Shown here one piece after another: positions 38,401-51,407 of a stretch of 64,000 nt of DNA. The notes below the pieces were generated by a model that was given only the letters and a program-made list of their open reading frames with translations, searched no databases and was not told the origin of the DNA. The stretch is from Octopus vulgaris (taxonomy: Eukaryota). Position 1 is the first letter of the stretch, and the number at the start of each line of letters is the position of its first letter. The stretch is from the NCBI GenBank assembly GCA_951406725.2, contig OX597820.1:93620001-93684000 (forward strand), read 5' to 3'. The translations under genes were made by a program, and so were the position numbers.

Positions 38401-39791
38401 CTGAAACTGCTGGCTTTGTGACAAAATTTGAAACCAGTATATAAACGCCTATTTTATTCTTTCACAGGCTGCAATTTTAACTGTCCCAAGTAGAATTAGA
38501 TAATGACGTCAACATTTTTGTTTCAGTTGCCTTCTTCAGACAACAAAGATGAAATGAAATAACTATGTGTTGATGCCATAGGAAATTTTAGAAACTTTCG
38601 AGAGAACGTGAAATAATTCCACGAAGCACGCATAAATCCTTTTGGATAAAAACAAAAATGTAGAAGGTTGCTTTCAAGATATTCCAAATATATATATTAC
38701 TCTTGTACTCAACTATGACTCCACTGCATTGTATAGCAGATACAGCTGTAAGCTAATCAAGTTCCCCTTAGCCATTTCATTTTCATTATATATATAAAAT
38801 CATTGTTTATTATTCTATTAATTTACCCAGCCTAGAACTCGTTATCATTGCCACCACTATGGCATACTACCACCATCACCAACACTACAGATAAGTCTAA
38901 CTCGTCTTTTGTTACAGTAATGAATTTTAAGTGTTCTCTGACGAGGAAACAATTTTATTCCCTTCCCTATCTACCTCTACCCCTTCCATCTCATCTAAAT
39001 ATCTGCGCAGCCTCTCCTAATCTGTATATCTACTGCCACTTCTCTCTATTCGCTATTTGTATATATTTATTTATATTTTCACCTCGCTCTCTCAGTATCA
39101 ACCTCTGTCACATCACTCTCTTATTTCATCCCATCTCATATCATCTCAAGGGATACCGCCACACTCTTTCCAGTTTCCGGCCAGCTTCAACCTAACCTCT
39201 TGTCTTAATTAAGGCAGGCAGAGATATCACTCATAAACCCGCCTTTACCCAACTTCCCATCTTCACTCACCTATCTGCCAAATCTCCACCCCACCACTAA
39301 ATATTTACCCTTTATCTTCATCCTATTCCTAATACACTTTCACACTACACTTCCCTATCACTAACCAACAACAGGAATAGCAATTGATTCTTGCAAATAA
39401 GCCAGTTTTCCAGACATTTATCTTAAGAATATTTCCTGCCGCAGCCACATATACATACATACCCCTATTGTTTTATTCCATCTCATTGACGATTCCCGCC
39501 TGTAGTTTTAGCTTAGCCCCAGTTAGCCTAATCCAGCAGAACAACGATCAAAGGCGTAACTGTGACCATTAAAATCTTTTCAAACAGAGTAGCTAGGACA
39601 TCATATAGTATGCCGTTCCTTTATACATTTTTAAGACGGTAGGGTGTGTTATTAGGAAGATTTGGCTACTATTTCTACCACGCTGAGTGACTACATAGAA
39701 GATTCTCGTTGGTTTACTGTTTCTGCTTACCGTAAGATCGACCCTGATCGAGAGTTTTTATAATCAAATGCGTTCCATCCGTTGACAGTCT

Positions 39792-39835
<44 letters not shown>

Positions 39836-40669
39836 CTACTTAAGCGTGCTGTCAACCGCAATATCCAGTCTATATTGTAAAATAACTTGATCTGGGTTAA
39901 GATTAAGGTTAGGGTTAGAATTAGGGTTAGAGTTGAATTAGATTGTATGCTAAAGTATAAATACCCAGGGAGACTGCACGCCATGACCAAAATTTGTTTC
40001 AAAGTTTATTTAAGAACAGATTGATACAAGGCAATGAGAATGCCTTTATGCGGTCGTCGTCTGCAGTCTAGAAATAGCAATCAAATCTCCTCCAAATTAC
40101 ATATTCCCGTGTTAAAGAAAAAGCAACACCACACATTGCATAATTTAATCGTGGGTCTAATTGTTTCAGAGTTGATCTAGAGTTAAATAACAACAGAGAT
40201 AGATACATCTTAATTTAGCACCATCAGTTACATCAGCATTTAGCAACTGTTTTCATGTCTAACGGGTTAAGTATGGTAATCATACAAGCAGCAACCACCC
40301 GTATCACCCACATGCCGTCTCATAAATAATTTCGACTAATATTTCGTAATTAGCACAATTCCTTTTTACTTTGTCAGGTGTGCATCATAAATTCAACGCA
40401 AGTTAGTAGAAGTCTCTGTATACAGTCGGGAATGAGGGCACGGCGCATGTATCCGCATCACCGGTGTTATATATAAGTGAGATAGGGGGGTGGATAAGAC
40501 AGGGTGAGGTAAGAGGAAAAGAGATAAAAGACATATATATATATAACGCAATTTGAAGTCTCTAAACACAGTTATGAGAGGGCGTGGCACTTGTATGCGC
40601 AATGCACACATGTATAGGAAAGATAAGAGATAAAGAAAAACAGCCTTTAACACATCAACGACCACTTAC

Positions 40670-40699
40670 TCTGCTTGGTCGCATGTTCCCAGGGCCTTC
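40670..40699 (-). CDS. Candidate 30-nt micro-exon upstream of the M6 TM1 exon
   Basis: Strong splice signals ttttctatcag / gtaagt. The exon is symmetric and, read in phase 1, gives xRPWEHATKQ in frame with the 33048 exon. No homology support. Confidence 0.3.
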
Positions 40700-41386
40700 C
40701 TGATAGAAAATGTGTGTGTATGTGAGTGTGTGTAATGAATTATCGACCTCACCTAATTCCGAAACATCTTAAAGATTTTGCCAACAGAAAAAAGGAGAAA
40801 AATAGAAAACTGAATTCGATATTTACGCCATTCCCCTAATATTTCTACACAATAAGACATATTTGACCTAATTTTAACCATTTATGCTAATGAAGGAAAA
40901 TCAAAGGAAGTATTTATCTCTAGATCTGGCAATATCTTGTCATATTTGATAGAGTGATGGACAGAATGTCTTGTATTATCTAGTTATGTTGATTTATGTT
41001 CTTAATTCAAATCATGTTGAAATCAACTTTGTCTTTCATTCGTTCGGGGTGGATAAAATGAATATAATAAAGTACCAGGAGACGGTACCCCATCATGGTT
41101 TTAATCAGTGACTGAAACCAGCCAAAGAATATGAAGCCAGGAAGGTTAGATTACATAAAAATTGCCATCGAGGAGAGGCAACAACGATGAACATATTCAC
41201 GTTTGAATCTGTCGGAATGTATTAAGAAAGAATATTTAAGTCCTAGTTTTGATCCCCGCTGTTCACCGTGCATAAGACGATTTATAATCAGTTGATAGAT
41301 GTCACTACACATCGGTAAATAATTTGGTTGCTGAAATCATAAACAAGAGCCATACACTCTGGTTAGATTAACTGCTCTGAGATAGA

Positions 41387-41432
41387 TTTGACTGAGGAGA
41401 CACAATGATGTCGAAACACCGTGTCTCCCAAA
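41387..41432 (+). ncRNA. Minimal hammerhead ribozyme motif
   Basis: CTGAGGA - GACA caatga TGTC - GAAA - CAC c GTG - TC with the canonical GUC triplet. Helix I (TTTGA/TCCCAAA) is bulged. Confidence 0.65.
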
Positions 41433-42624
41433 GTTTCCTTATGCCAATGCATCGAATGTTACGAACACGCATTCTTCTGAAAGGAGAAGTTCTCCAGTGA
41501 CGAGATGCAACAGCGATTAACATATTCGTGTTCGAATCTGCAAAACATTAAGAACGAGTGTTTAAATCATCGGTATACTACTAATATCTGAGAGAAATGT
41601 TGCTGTTACCAGTATGTTCTTTAGTTTGCAACTGTATGGGCTTAGTCATGATGGCTAACACACTGCCTTCATATGGATTTGTGAATGTATTCCTTTTGCA
41701 CTTAGATATTTTTCTTGTAACTAATTTCGTTTTGTGTATACAAAAGTGATTCTATTTAATGTTAAAACATCTTGTTAGGATGTTACTTCAAGTTCTAATA
41801 TTTTATATTTGTTAACAAGGAAAAGCATAGATAATGTAATTGCGGAGGTAATATATCTGGTAAAAAAAAGTATGATCAAGTGAAATGTCTTTTATCATTG
41901 ATCTGTTTGACAAGGGCTAACCTGGGATTGAACTACTGAACTATAGAGCTAAGCAAGAAAAATAAAAAAAAGATTTATACGTAAACGCTTGATCTGCTAA
42001 AACTAACAACCGAATTAGCTTCAATAGTTTCCGGGATGCCAAAGCAGATAAACAAGGGAGCGGGAATACAGTGGCACCTGATCTCTTGGTAGCTGGTTGG
42101 GTGTATAAGATGCGTATGGTGGAGAATAATGATAGTAATACTAAATATCGTAATGAAAAAAAAAACAACAAAAAAAAACTAGCGAACAGAAAGAAATGCT
42201 ACTAAATGCAGGAGTAGGTAATGTTAGGTATGTTGAACTCTACGAAATAACGGTAATGATACTAAGAAATACAAAATGGCAGAAAAAAAAGAAAGAATTA
42301 CACACACATACACACACAACAAAAACAAAAATAAACAGTAAGTCGATCTTGGTTGACAATGAAGAAATTGTTCTTTTGCAATAGATATGTTAATTAATTG
42401 GTGAAAGACTTGTTGATGGTGTAAAGACTAGCAGTTATTGCTTTGCTGAAGCTACAGAGTATATAGAATAAAAGCTTTGTCTATTTGAGATATCACTCTT
42501 CATTTTACAGTGCATCAGTTCTTGATGTTTATTTATCAAATCTTGTTGAAACGCAATCTTTCAAGTATTGACATCCTATACATTTAAGGAGTCATTTTCC
42601 GTCTGCTAAAATCTGAAGACTGGA

Positions 42625-42679
42625 ACAATGGTCATTAGAGACAGTTACAAATAATGTAACTGTCTCTAATGACCATTGT
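42625..42679. repeat. Perfect 25-bp inverted repeat with a 5-nt loop
   Basis: ACAATGGTCATTAGAGACAGTTACA-aataa-TGTAACTGTCTCTAATGACCATTGT. Confidence 0.95.
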
Positions 42680-45600
42680 AAAGCGTGGTATATGTGTATT
42701 TATGTGACGGGAGAGAGGTGTGAGAGAGAGAGAGACTACAGATTTACCAAGAAAGTACATCATGTTACAGCTTAAATAAATTTTAATCTAGAAATCCTAT
42801 GGTGGGGCAAGTAGCTGCATATCCTGGACGAATAGTTATGTTCCATACACAGTAAGGGCACGTGGACCAGTGGCTAGGGTGTTGCACTTACGATCTCGAA
42901 ATCGCGGGGTTCGATTCCCGGACCAAGCAGTGCGTTGTGTTCTTCAGCAAAACACTTCATCTCACGTTGCCCGACATCTGATGTGTGGCACACCGTGCAC
43001 CTGTACAGGCATTATCGATTTCATGGAGGGACTGAGTTATTGTACAACACAAACATTTGATCACTATGAACAAACCATCTGTGCAGGTTGTTCGCAGCAA
43101 GAAATTGCAGAACCGTCTTCTCGGACCGTTATTTATTGTACACATAAAACAACGTAAGCTACTAGTCAATTCTTGCACTCATAAAAATTGAAAACAAGTG
43201 AAGGTTATCCGAAACGTTTGTTGTACCATGAATTTTATCACTAAAAGAATCCGCAATAATGTAGAACCAGTGAGGAAGTCTCTACTGCTAAAAACAGCAA
43301 CCAAATCTCAACCCCTCTTAACTGAGAACATTAATGTAATCTTAGCTCCACTATGCCCGACTAATAGACGAGATAGTCTAACAAGAATATCTTTGATCAA
43401 ATATTTCCTGTTGAAGTACCACAGCAACAAAAAGTACACTTCATTTGATAAAATATCAGGAGGACCGTTCAGTTCACTTTTTTCGGATGAGATCATCCAG
43501 GGTACATACATCTAACCCGCCCCCATAAAGTTTGCAATTAAATTCTACATTAATTCAATTAGCATAGCCAAGTGTCAGACTAATTAAACTGAATTAGCCA
43601 TTCATATTCAAGTGCAACACAGAATTCACGGAAACACACTCACATACACATAAATACATTATTTGATAAATTTATTCAGATATACCCAATCCTTGTGGCT
43701 GAACACAGATAAAGAGAGAATTCCAAAAACAAAAATTAGAAGTAAATTTCATAATTCTTTCTACTTAGGCATAGCGCCAGAAATTTTTGGAGGAGGGGCT
43801 AGTCAATATCATCGACGTCATTGCTCAATTTGAACTCAGAGAATAAAGCCGGAAGAAATGTCGCTAAGCATTTTGTTCGGCGTATTAATTTTATAATAGC
43901 TTCTATATTAGTCACAAGGGGAAAAGTAAGAACAATACGTCTTTGTAGAAGAGAATTACCGGACAGTGGAATCGAACTGGTAATGTCGTGGTTCTAAAAC
44001 GAACTTCCATGTGCATAGACGCAGGCGTGGCTGTGTGGTAAGAAGTTTGCTTCCCAACCACTTGGTTCCGGGTCCAAGTCCCACTGCGTAGCACCTTGGG
44101 CAAGTGTCTTCTGCTATAGCCTCGGGCCGACCAAAGCCCGTCGTGTGCGCGCGTGCGTGTATATCTGTGTGTGTGTGTATCTGTACGTGTGTGCCCCTTC
44201 ACCGACGCTTGACAATCGATGTTGGTGCGCTTATGTCCCCGTAACTTAACGTTTCGACAAAAGAGACCAATAACATAAGTACCAGGCTTACAAAGTCCTG
44301 GGGTCGGACTCTTCGACGAAAACCGTTTAAGGCGGTGCTCCAGTCAAATGAAGAAGTAAAGGAATAAAGGAATGCCTGCACCCATTAATACTTGCATGTA
44401 AGTGTTTCTCAAAACGGCTTTGTTATAAACCTCAACAGCCAACCTGATGGCTTGTCTATTGGCCCCTCAGATATCAAGCATATTGTAAGCGCCGTAAAAG
44501 GACCGGTTTGCAAACCCTCTGCATCTTACTTTTCCTTATTTAAAAGAATGGTGAATAATTTGAGAAAAATTTAGTTGCCGTTTATAGTAGATCGAGCAAC
44601 CTCATAAAAACTCTCTCTCGGTGGTGACACATGTTAGTGGTGGCACATGTTCAGATGACATGTTTGTGACATCCAAAGTTTTCTAACCAAGCACTCCTCT
44701 GAGGTTTTTAGCTTATATATCACTATTCTCCAATATCATTCCAATATTCATATCAATGAGTCATACTATACTCAAGGTCAAAACCAATACATAAGCATAT
44801 ACATTTGAAAATACATAAACGTACGTGCATACACATCTACATTATATATATATATATATATGTAATCATATGCATATACACACACTTCATGCTAAGTAAG
44901 GCTCCCTTCCTCTAATTAGTAATTAATCTATTACTGAAAAAATAATTAAAAAAAACATTTAAAAATAGGATTACTACAACTTAAAACGGTTTACTTAACC
45001 TGCTGATATGGCGACAAACCTGGGCAGTTGCAAAAGCATGAACACCACAGTTTCTCATTTCTCTACTTAATGTCTCATAGCTAGTATTTAATTGGGAAAC
45101 GCCACACTACCTGTTTGTTTAACATTTCATTCTAATTAATAAAGTCATTATTATTAATTGTATTTTGGTAATGCTATTTCAGGGCATTTAAAAATATACG
45201 TACAACTGCATACCTTGGACTATACACACACGCGTTTATATATACAAATTTGTAAGTGCATCTATGTCTGTGTGAGTATATTTATATATATATTACACAC
45301 AAACACATACACACACGTGTGTACATTTGTGTTTGTGTGTGTGTATATATTTATGCACATGTGTATAGGGAGGAGGTTTCGAGATTCCTTTCCTCCATAG
45401 CCGTTTCCCTCTCCAGACAACACAAGATGCCAGTATTCCAGGAATGCCACCCTAGTGCTGATAATTAATAGAACGCTTAATAAATAACTCTTAATTTCCT
45501 AATTACATTCGCCTGTTTCCTATTTACAGTTTGGACAATTAATAAAACAACAACAACTCTGACGAAAGAATAAATGCCATGTCACGAATTAACTACAGTT

Positions 45601-48600
45601 TACTCGGCAGATTTCTTCTGTGGTTCTACTTCTCTCGCCTCACTCCCCACTCCCTCTCTCTGAGTTCCTACTTCTACTCATCTCGATGTGATGGTGGGAG
45701 GGGAGCCTCTAAGCCAGAGGTTCTCAAACGGATACTTTTATAGAAATTTCATTGTAGAAAGGCCTTGTTTAGACCTAATTCGCTGATAATTTCCTACTAA
45801 TAGGTCGTTTTTCCAATAGGGTTTCCTAAATACTTAAAAAAAGGGTGGTGTGAGGGGCAGGGTTTTGAACATGTCGTTTGTGTTTAATAGAATTAATAAT
45901 GTAGAATTACACACAAAAAATGCACTTCCATATAATTAACCTACTTATCAATGTTTGCAGCAGAACACCTAGCGACCCCTCGCAAAATCGTATGATTCTA
46001 GGAGACCCCGTTTTGGAAACGTTAGTCTTGGCGAAGGCAATGATATATTGGATTATCTGGTTTTAGATTTACACAAGCACGCAGCTATGGCTGTGTGGTT
46101 AAGACGTTCGCTTCGCATCTGAATGGTTTCGTGTTCAATTCCATTGTGTGACGCCTTAAACGAGTATCTTCTGGGTCATATTGGCTTGACAGGAAGTGCG
46201 TAGAAGCTCGTCGGAGGGACCGACTTGTGGTAGTCTTGAGCTCGGTTTCAACATTGAAATAAAAGATTCTGATTAAGACATCCAAGAGTTATGTACAAAC
46301 AAGAACACATCTCTGATCTACATCAGGTCTGGTCCTCGAGACCCTGAAAAAGAGTCATTAACACCATCCTTCTTCCTTTACTAAGTTACAAAAACAAAAA
46401 GAGGTAAACACAAGATAAACAGTATTAGGAAATTTCGGTGAGATATTCACCTAGAATAATTTTTTTCTTCTTCGACATCACTATTACTTTTGGAATGACA
46501 ACAACTCAATCACAAAAGCTTATTTATTTTTTTAAAAATAAAATCTCAGAATTAAGAAACCTTCATCATCACAACCAATATAGTCTCAGATCATTCCTGA
46601 CTGAGTAAACTAATGATCAAAAAGGTCATCTCGTCATGTCCATACGCCATTTTTTATTTACAGGAACAAAAGATACAAGATACACGCCTTCACATTAGCA
46701 TATAATACTGAGTTACAATATTTTCTTGAAGAAATAATCGTATAGTCTTAGATACTGAGTAAAGAAGGCACTGTGCACTGCGACACCCTGCGGTGATTAG
46801 TAATGAATAAAAAGAAATGAAGCAAGAAAGATAAATCGAAAAACTGTTGTTATCGGTTGAACAATTCCTGATCTATAGTATCCATCAATGGGGTTGGTGG
46901 GTATTCATATTGATTTCACGGAAACGAACATTGTTGGCGTCCATGCATCATCTATGATACACATACACATTTATGATCAACCGCAAGAATAACTTGGGAC
47001 TTAGGAAAGCTTTATATTGCTTAGACCGTATGAACCTTGGGTTAGCTAACAGTCTGAGAACAAACATGGGAGTTTAGGATAAACTTATGAAAATGCTTTG
47101 GACCATAAAACCCAGTTCATTTGGATTTTCTTTCCACTTTACAAATGCAATGTCTCGAAATCGGATGTAACTACTATGTCAACGTAATAAGGCCACAGAT
47201 GTGGTGGGTGGCTATGGCTAATTAAATTGGCCCTAGTACTTAACTAGCATTTATTTTATTGATTCTTAAAACATGAAAGGCAAACTCGACCTCAGTAGAG
47301 TTCGAACACAGAACGTGAAGTTAAACAGAGATAAATAATGCAACTTATTCTGTCTGACGCTACAAAAAAAAAAAAAAAAAAAAAGAAATTTAGCAAATGT
47401 AACTTTAACAGCGCGCGCGCACAGAAACAGACACAACAAATCGCAAACACACACACACACACACACATCATACATACATATACATCACACACACAGAGAA
47501 TCATTTCCGCAGGAAATGAAATAAATGTCAAATCAGAATTAGGTTTTTTTTCTAACGACATATCTGACTCTTTGAAATTGGCTATTCCTCAAAGAAAAGC
47601 CATCAACCAATCAAATCACAAGCTGCACAATCTGAAAATCCACCAGCCAATCATGCGCTTGGCACACTAATGAAAGCTATCAAGCGTTTTACTCGTTTCA
47701 ATACAGTGAAACATTTTGTTTTTCACGTCAAATATATTGGTTTCTAATTTGTTTGGCATTGACCACAGATGAATGCATAAAAAAAAAATCAAGTTAATGC
47801 AAAGATCATTATCAATAATAATGGTAATTTTTTTCTGCTATAGGCACAAGTCCTGAAATCTCTGGGGAGGAAGTAAGTCGATTTTAATGACCCCAGTGCA
47901 CAACTGGTACTTATTTTGTCGATGCTGAAAGGATGAATGGCAAAGTCAACCTCGGAGAAATTTGAACTCAGAACGTAAAGGACCAGAAAATAAAAATAAG
48001 TATGATAATTGTTTCAAATTTTGGCCCAGGGATAAAAGTTTTAGGAGAAAGTATTTTATTTTATTGACCACCTAAAGATGAAAGGCAAAGTTGACCTCAG
48101 CGGAAACTGAATTTGGAACGCAAGAGTCCGGAAGACATACTGCTAGGCATATCTTTCGACGCTCTAACTAGTCTGCCAGAGAGATCACATAGAACAGACA
48201 TGGGCGATGTTTTTTAAGAGGAATGCATGAGACATGGTTAATCATCAGGTGGGATGCACTATTAAAAAAAAAAAAAAAAAAAAAAAATCAAGGTAATTTT
48301 TTGCTGGCATGCCATTCAGAAATCCCTAAGACCGCAGTTTGCCCATGACTGATGTAAAGGCTCTCTCATTTGGTAGCGGTAAAGTCGTTAAGTTTTTGTT
48401 TACTGTCTACCGCGCATTTTGGTGTGAATAAATGAAGATTTGGTCGCTCTTTTTAGCACGCGATACGACTGCAGTGCAAGAGAGGAAATGTAAATTTTAG
48501 GATTAATAAATGAAATAGTGTTATTCCTCAGTGTAAAACACCACACACACATACAAATATGCGCGCATGTGTGTATATCGTTTGCTTTGGTAGTTACATT

Positions 48601-49250
48601 CTCGTCCTTAATATATTGAAAGCGCATCGACAAATGCTTTCAAATATAAACAAAATGTGTTTACATGCTTCCAACGCAAACACAATATATTTACATTAAA
48701 AGGTACAGCAGCTGCAAATCCGCTAATTGTAATCAGTAACTTGTTTAAAAAGAAATTTTAAAAATTAATTGAAACTTAAAATAATAAAAACGAAGCATTT
48801 TTTTGCAGCTAAAGAATTCATGATGTTCAAAATACAAATCAAAGAGCCTATTTATTTAAAAGGAAAAGGTTTGGTGGGCGTTCAAAAATTCGCTCTAAAA
48901 CGAGAAATATTTCGTGCTGCTAATATAAATTGCACACGCTGTAACATCCTGTACTATAAGAAATAATACGTTGGATATACATTGCAGTAAAAAAGAACAT
49001 CGAGGATGGCAGAAACATCTGGCCTAGAGTCACAACATCTGATTCATCAAAACTCGTGCGTGGCAGTTTTATAACATACATTGATGAATAGTCCCCGGCG
49101 TCGTGGATGAGGCCAGAAACACTTACTGGGCTGCTTCACCGTCTGATGACTCATCGACTCCTGCATTCGGAGACAGAGTACAGCAACATCCTCGGTACAG
49201 AAGTGTTTGCCCTAAATATATGGGCGTGCGTATGGTTATCATCTAAACGT

Positions 49251-49380
49251 GGAGGTGCAATGGCCCAGTGGTTAGGGCAGCGGACTCGCGGTCATAGGAT
49301 CGCGGTTTAATTTCACGAGCAGGCTGTTCCGTTGATCGGATCAACCGGAACCCTCGTTGTCGTAACCGACGGAGTGCTTC
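49251..49380 (+). mobile_element. Internally deleted copy of the tRNA(Arg) SINE
   Basis: Head fused directly to the tail; perfect 11-bp TSD CATCTAAACGT. Confidence 0.85.
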
Positions 49381-49628
49381 CATCTAAACGTTAAAAAATC
49401 GAAGTTTATCAATGGAATTGTAAGAAGACAATAGTAGAAAAAAGAAGAAGGGAGAGAGAAGGAAAAAGTAGTCAGACTTTCTGTCTGTTAGCCATCTATA
49501 CGACGATACCTCTTTTGGCATTGAAGTGAGCGAGTCGCGCTGTTTGCGGACAACTATGAGAAATATGCCGTGGACAAGACTACAATCGATTAAAAGCTAG
49601 TATACTCTGATATCAGTATAATCTGCTG

Positions 49629-49689
<61 letters not shown>

Positions 49690-50463
49690 CATGCAGAGAG
49701 GGAGGGAGAGAGAGAGAACGAAGATGCTGACAAAGAATGGGTGCGGAAAGAAGAGAAAAGTGAAAGAAATTGATCACAAAAGAAAAAGGCGAGACCTTAT
49801 GACGTTATTAATGGCATAGTAGTGGGTATAAGTACACGTGTTTTGGAGCGAATTGCAACGACTGATCTCATTAGTTGAAAAGATTGAGATAAATCAGGTT
49901 TGCTGCAAACGCCGTTTTTCTACAGATATCATTGAATACCTTTTCTTCCCCCTTATCATATGACGTACAACTGGGCATAAACCAGAAAGAATTATGAATT
50001 TCTTATATATTTTGCACTAGTTTAAAGATTTTTTTCAAAAGGCCAAGTACCTATTTTATATTTGAAAGCTGCGTTGAATTACATGTAATCTAATAAGACC
50101 GCATTAAAAACATCAAATAGTCGGAAAAATACAATTACATCTCATTCGAAAATGTAATTATGAATATTAAAGAAAGAGATTAAAATACAAACTGACCTTT
50201 TAATGACTTTTTTAAAGGATGTAAGAACATTGCAATGAATATATAAATATATTAGCCATGTAATCAATACAAAATGTACGTTTTTTTTTTTAATGCACTA
50301 AAGGGCCTTAAAGGATACATGCTACAACCTAGTCACGAAAATATAAAGTCATTACTTTAGGTTAGGCAGTTACATCCTATTTCTTTTTTTGCAATGAGGA
50401 TCTTTGTCTTTTTCTGATATGATTTACGCATCCCAACTCGCCCCTCTGCCATCAATTTACACA

Positions 50464-50515
<52 letters not shown>

Positions 50516-50669
50516 CTGCCCACAAGGGGCTAAACATAGAGGGGACAAACAAGGACAGACAAAGGGATTAAGTCGATTACAACGACCCCAGTGCGAAACT
50601 GGTACTTTATTTATCAACCCCGAAAGGATGAAAGGCAAAGTCGACCTCGGCGGAATATATATATATATA

Positions 50670-50836
50670 GACGCCATGATAGATCGTTAGCCACTTGTTT
50701 TTTTCTGTGTCCCTTTCTGTAGAAGAGCGTAGGCTCGAAACGTAAAAGACTTTTTCTATTCCTGAGCGTTATACTAATACATCTGTTTGTTTTGTACACC
50801 ACCAGTCTTCGTCTTTTGTTTTTTCGTAAACTCTCC

Positions 50837-50838
<2 letters not shown>
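50670..50838 (+). mobile_element. Penelope-like terminal fragment with a hammerhead-like motif (50713-50748)
   Basis: CTTT-CTGTAGA-A-GAGC gtag GCTC-GAAA-CG-TA-AAAG. The core deviates from CUGANGA. Inserted between (TA)n tracts. Confidence 0.5.
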
Positions 50839-50879
<41 letters not shown>

Positions 50880-51084
50880 TTAGTGAGCAAACAAAAAAAA
50901 AGGGTACTCGACACATTTAGTAGGAGTTACATGTATTATTTAATACAGTTTGATACGGGTCCATATAAGACAAGGCATAAATAATGGTCAATACATATTT
51001 TCTTTACTGTAGTAAATTTGACTAACAGAGAGCTTATCAAGTATTTTGCCCAGGTTGATAACCCCTCATTATATATATATATAT

Positions 51085-51304
51085 TGATAAAAAATGGTAA
51101 GACAACAAAAGAATGAAAGAGACCTCGATATTATGTAAATAGAGGAATTTATCTGTAAATATAATATGTGACAATTATTCGGTAGCCATGATAAAACTTC
51201 GCGTTTCTGGTGCCGAGGTAGAAATCTACGCCGCCATCTCTTCAGTTATCCGGCATCTGAAACTCGGAGTTTTATCATGGCTACCGAATAATTGTTACAT
51301 ATTA
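51085..51304 (-). mobile_element. Penelope-like terminal fragment with an imperfect ~54-bp inverted repeat
   Basis: Arms 51162-51215 and 51251-51304, a hammerhead motif inside, and (TA)n flanks. Confidence 0.6.
51190..51250 (-). ncRNA. Hammerhead ribozyme motif with a long helix II region, in a Penelope-like terminal fragment
   Basis: Minus strand reads GATAA-CTGAAGA-(31 nt)-GAAA-CGCGAAG-TT-TTATC, with helix I GATAA/TTATC. The inverted partial copy retains the intact helix III CTCGGAG. Confidence 0.6.
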
Positions 51305-51360
51305 CACACAAATATATATATTTAATACACGCACACATGGTGCTCCAGCATGACCACGGC

Positions 51361-51407
<47 letters not shown>

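Noticed and set aside
39893-39935. TTAGGG-like interstitial telomeric repeats
   Set aside because: Only two exact units in a short degenerate tract.
42855-42935. tRNA-like sequences with A/B boxes (also at 29726 and 60372)
   Set aside because: No complete acceptor stem, and they continue into SINE body sequence; these are SINE heads, not tRNA genes.
49105-49185. CTGATGA and GGATGA..GAAAC motifs
   Set aside because: The helices do not close into a hammerhead.
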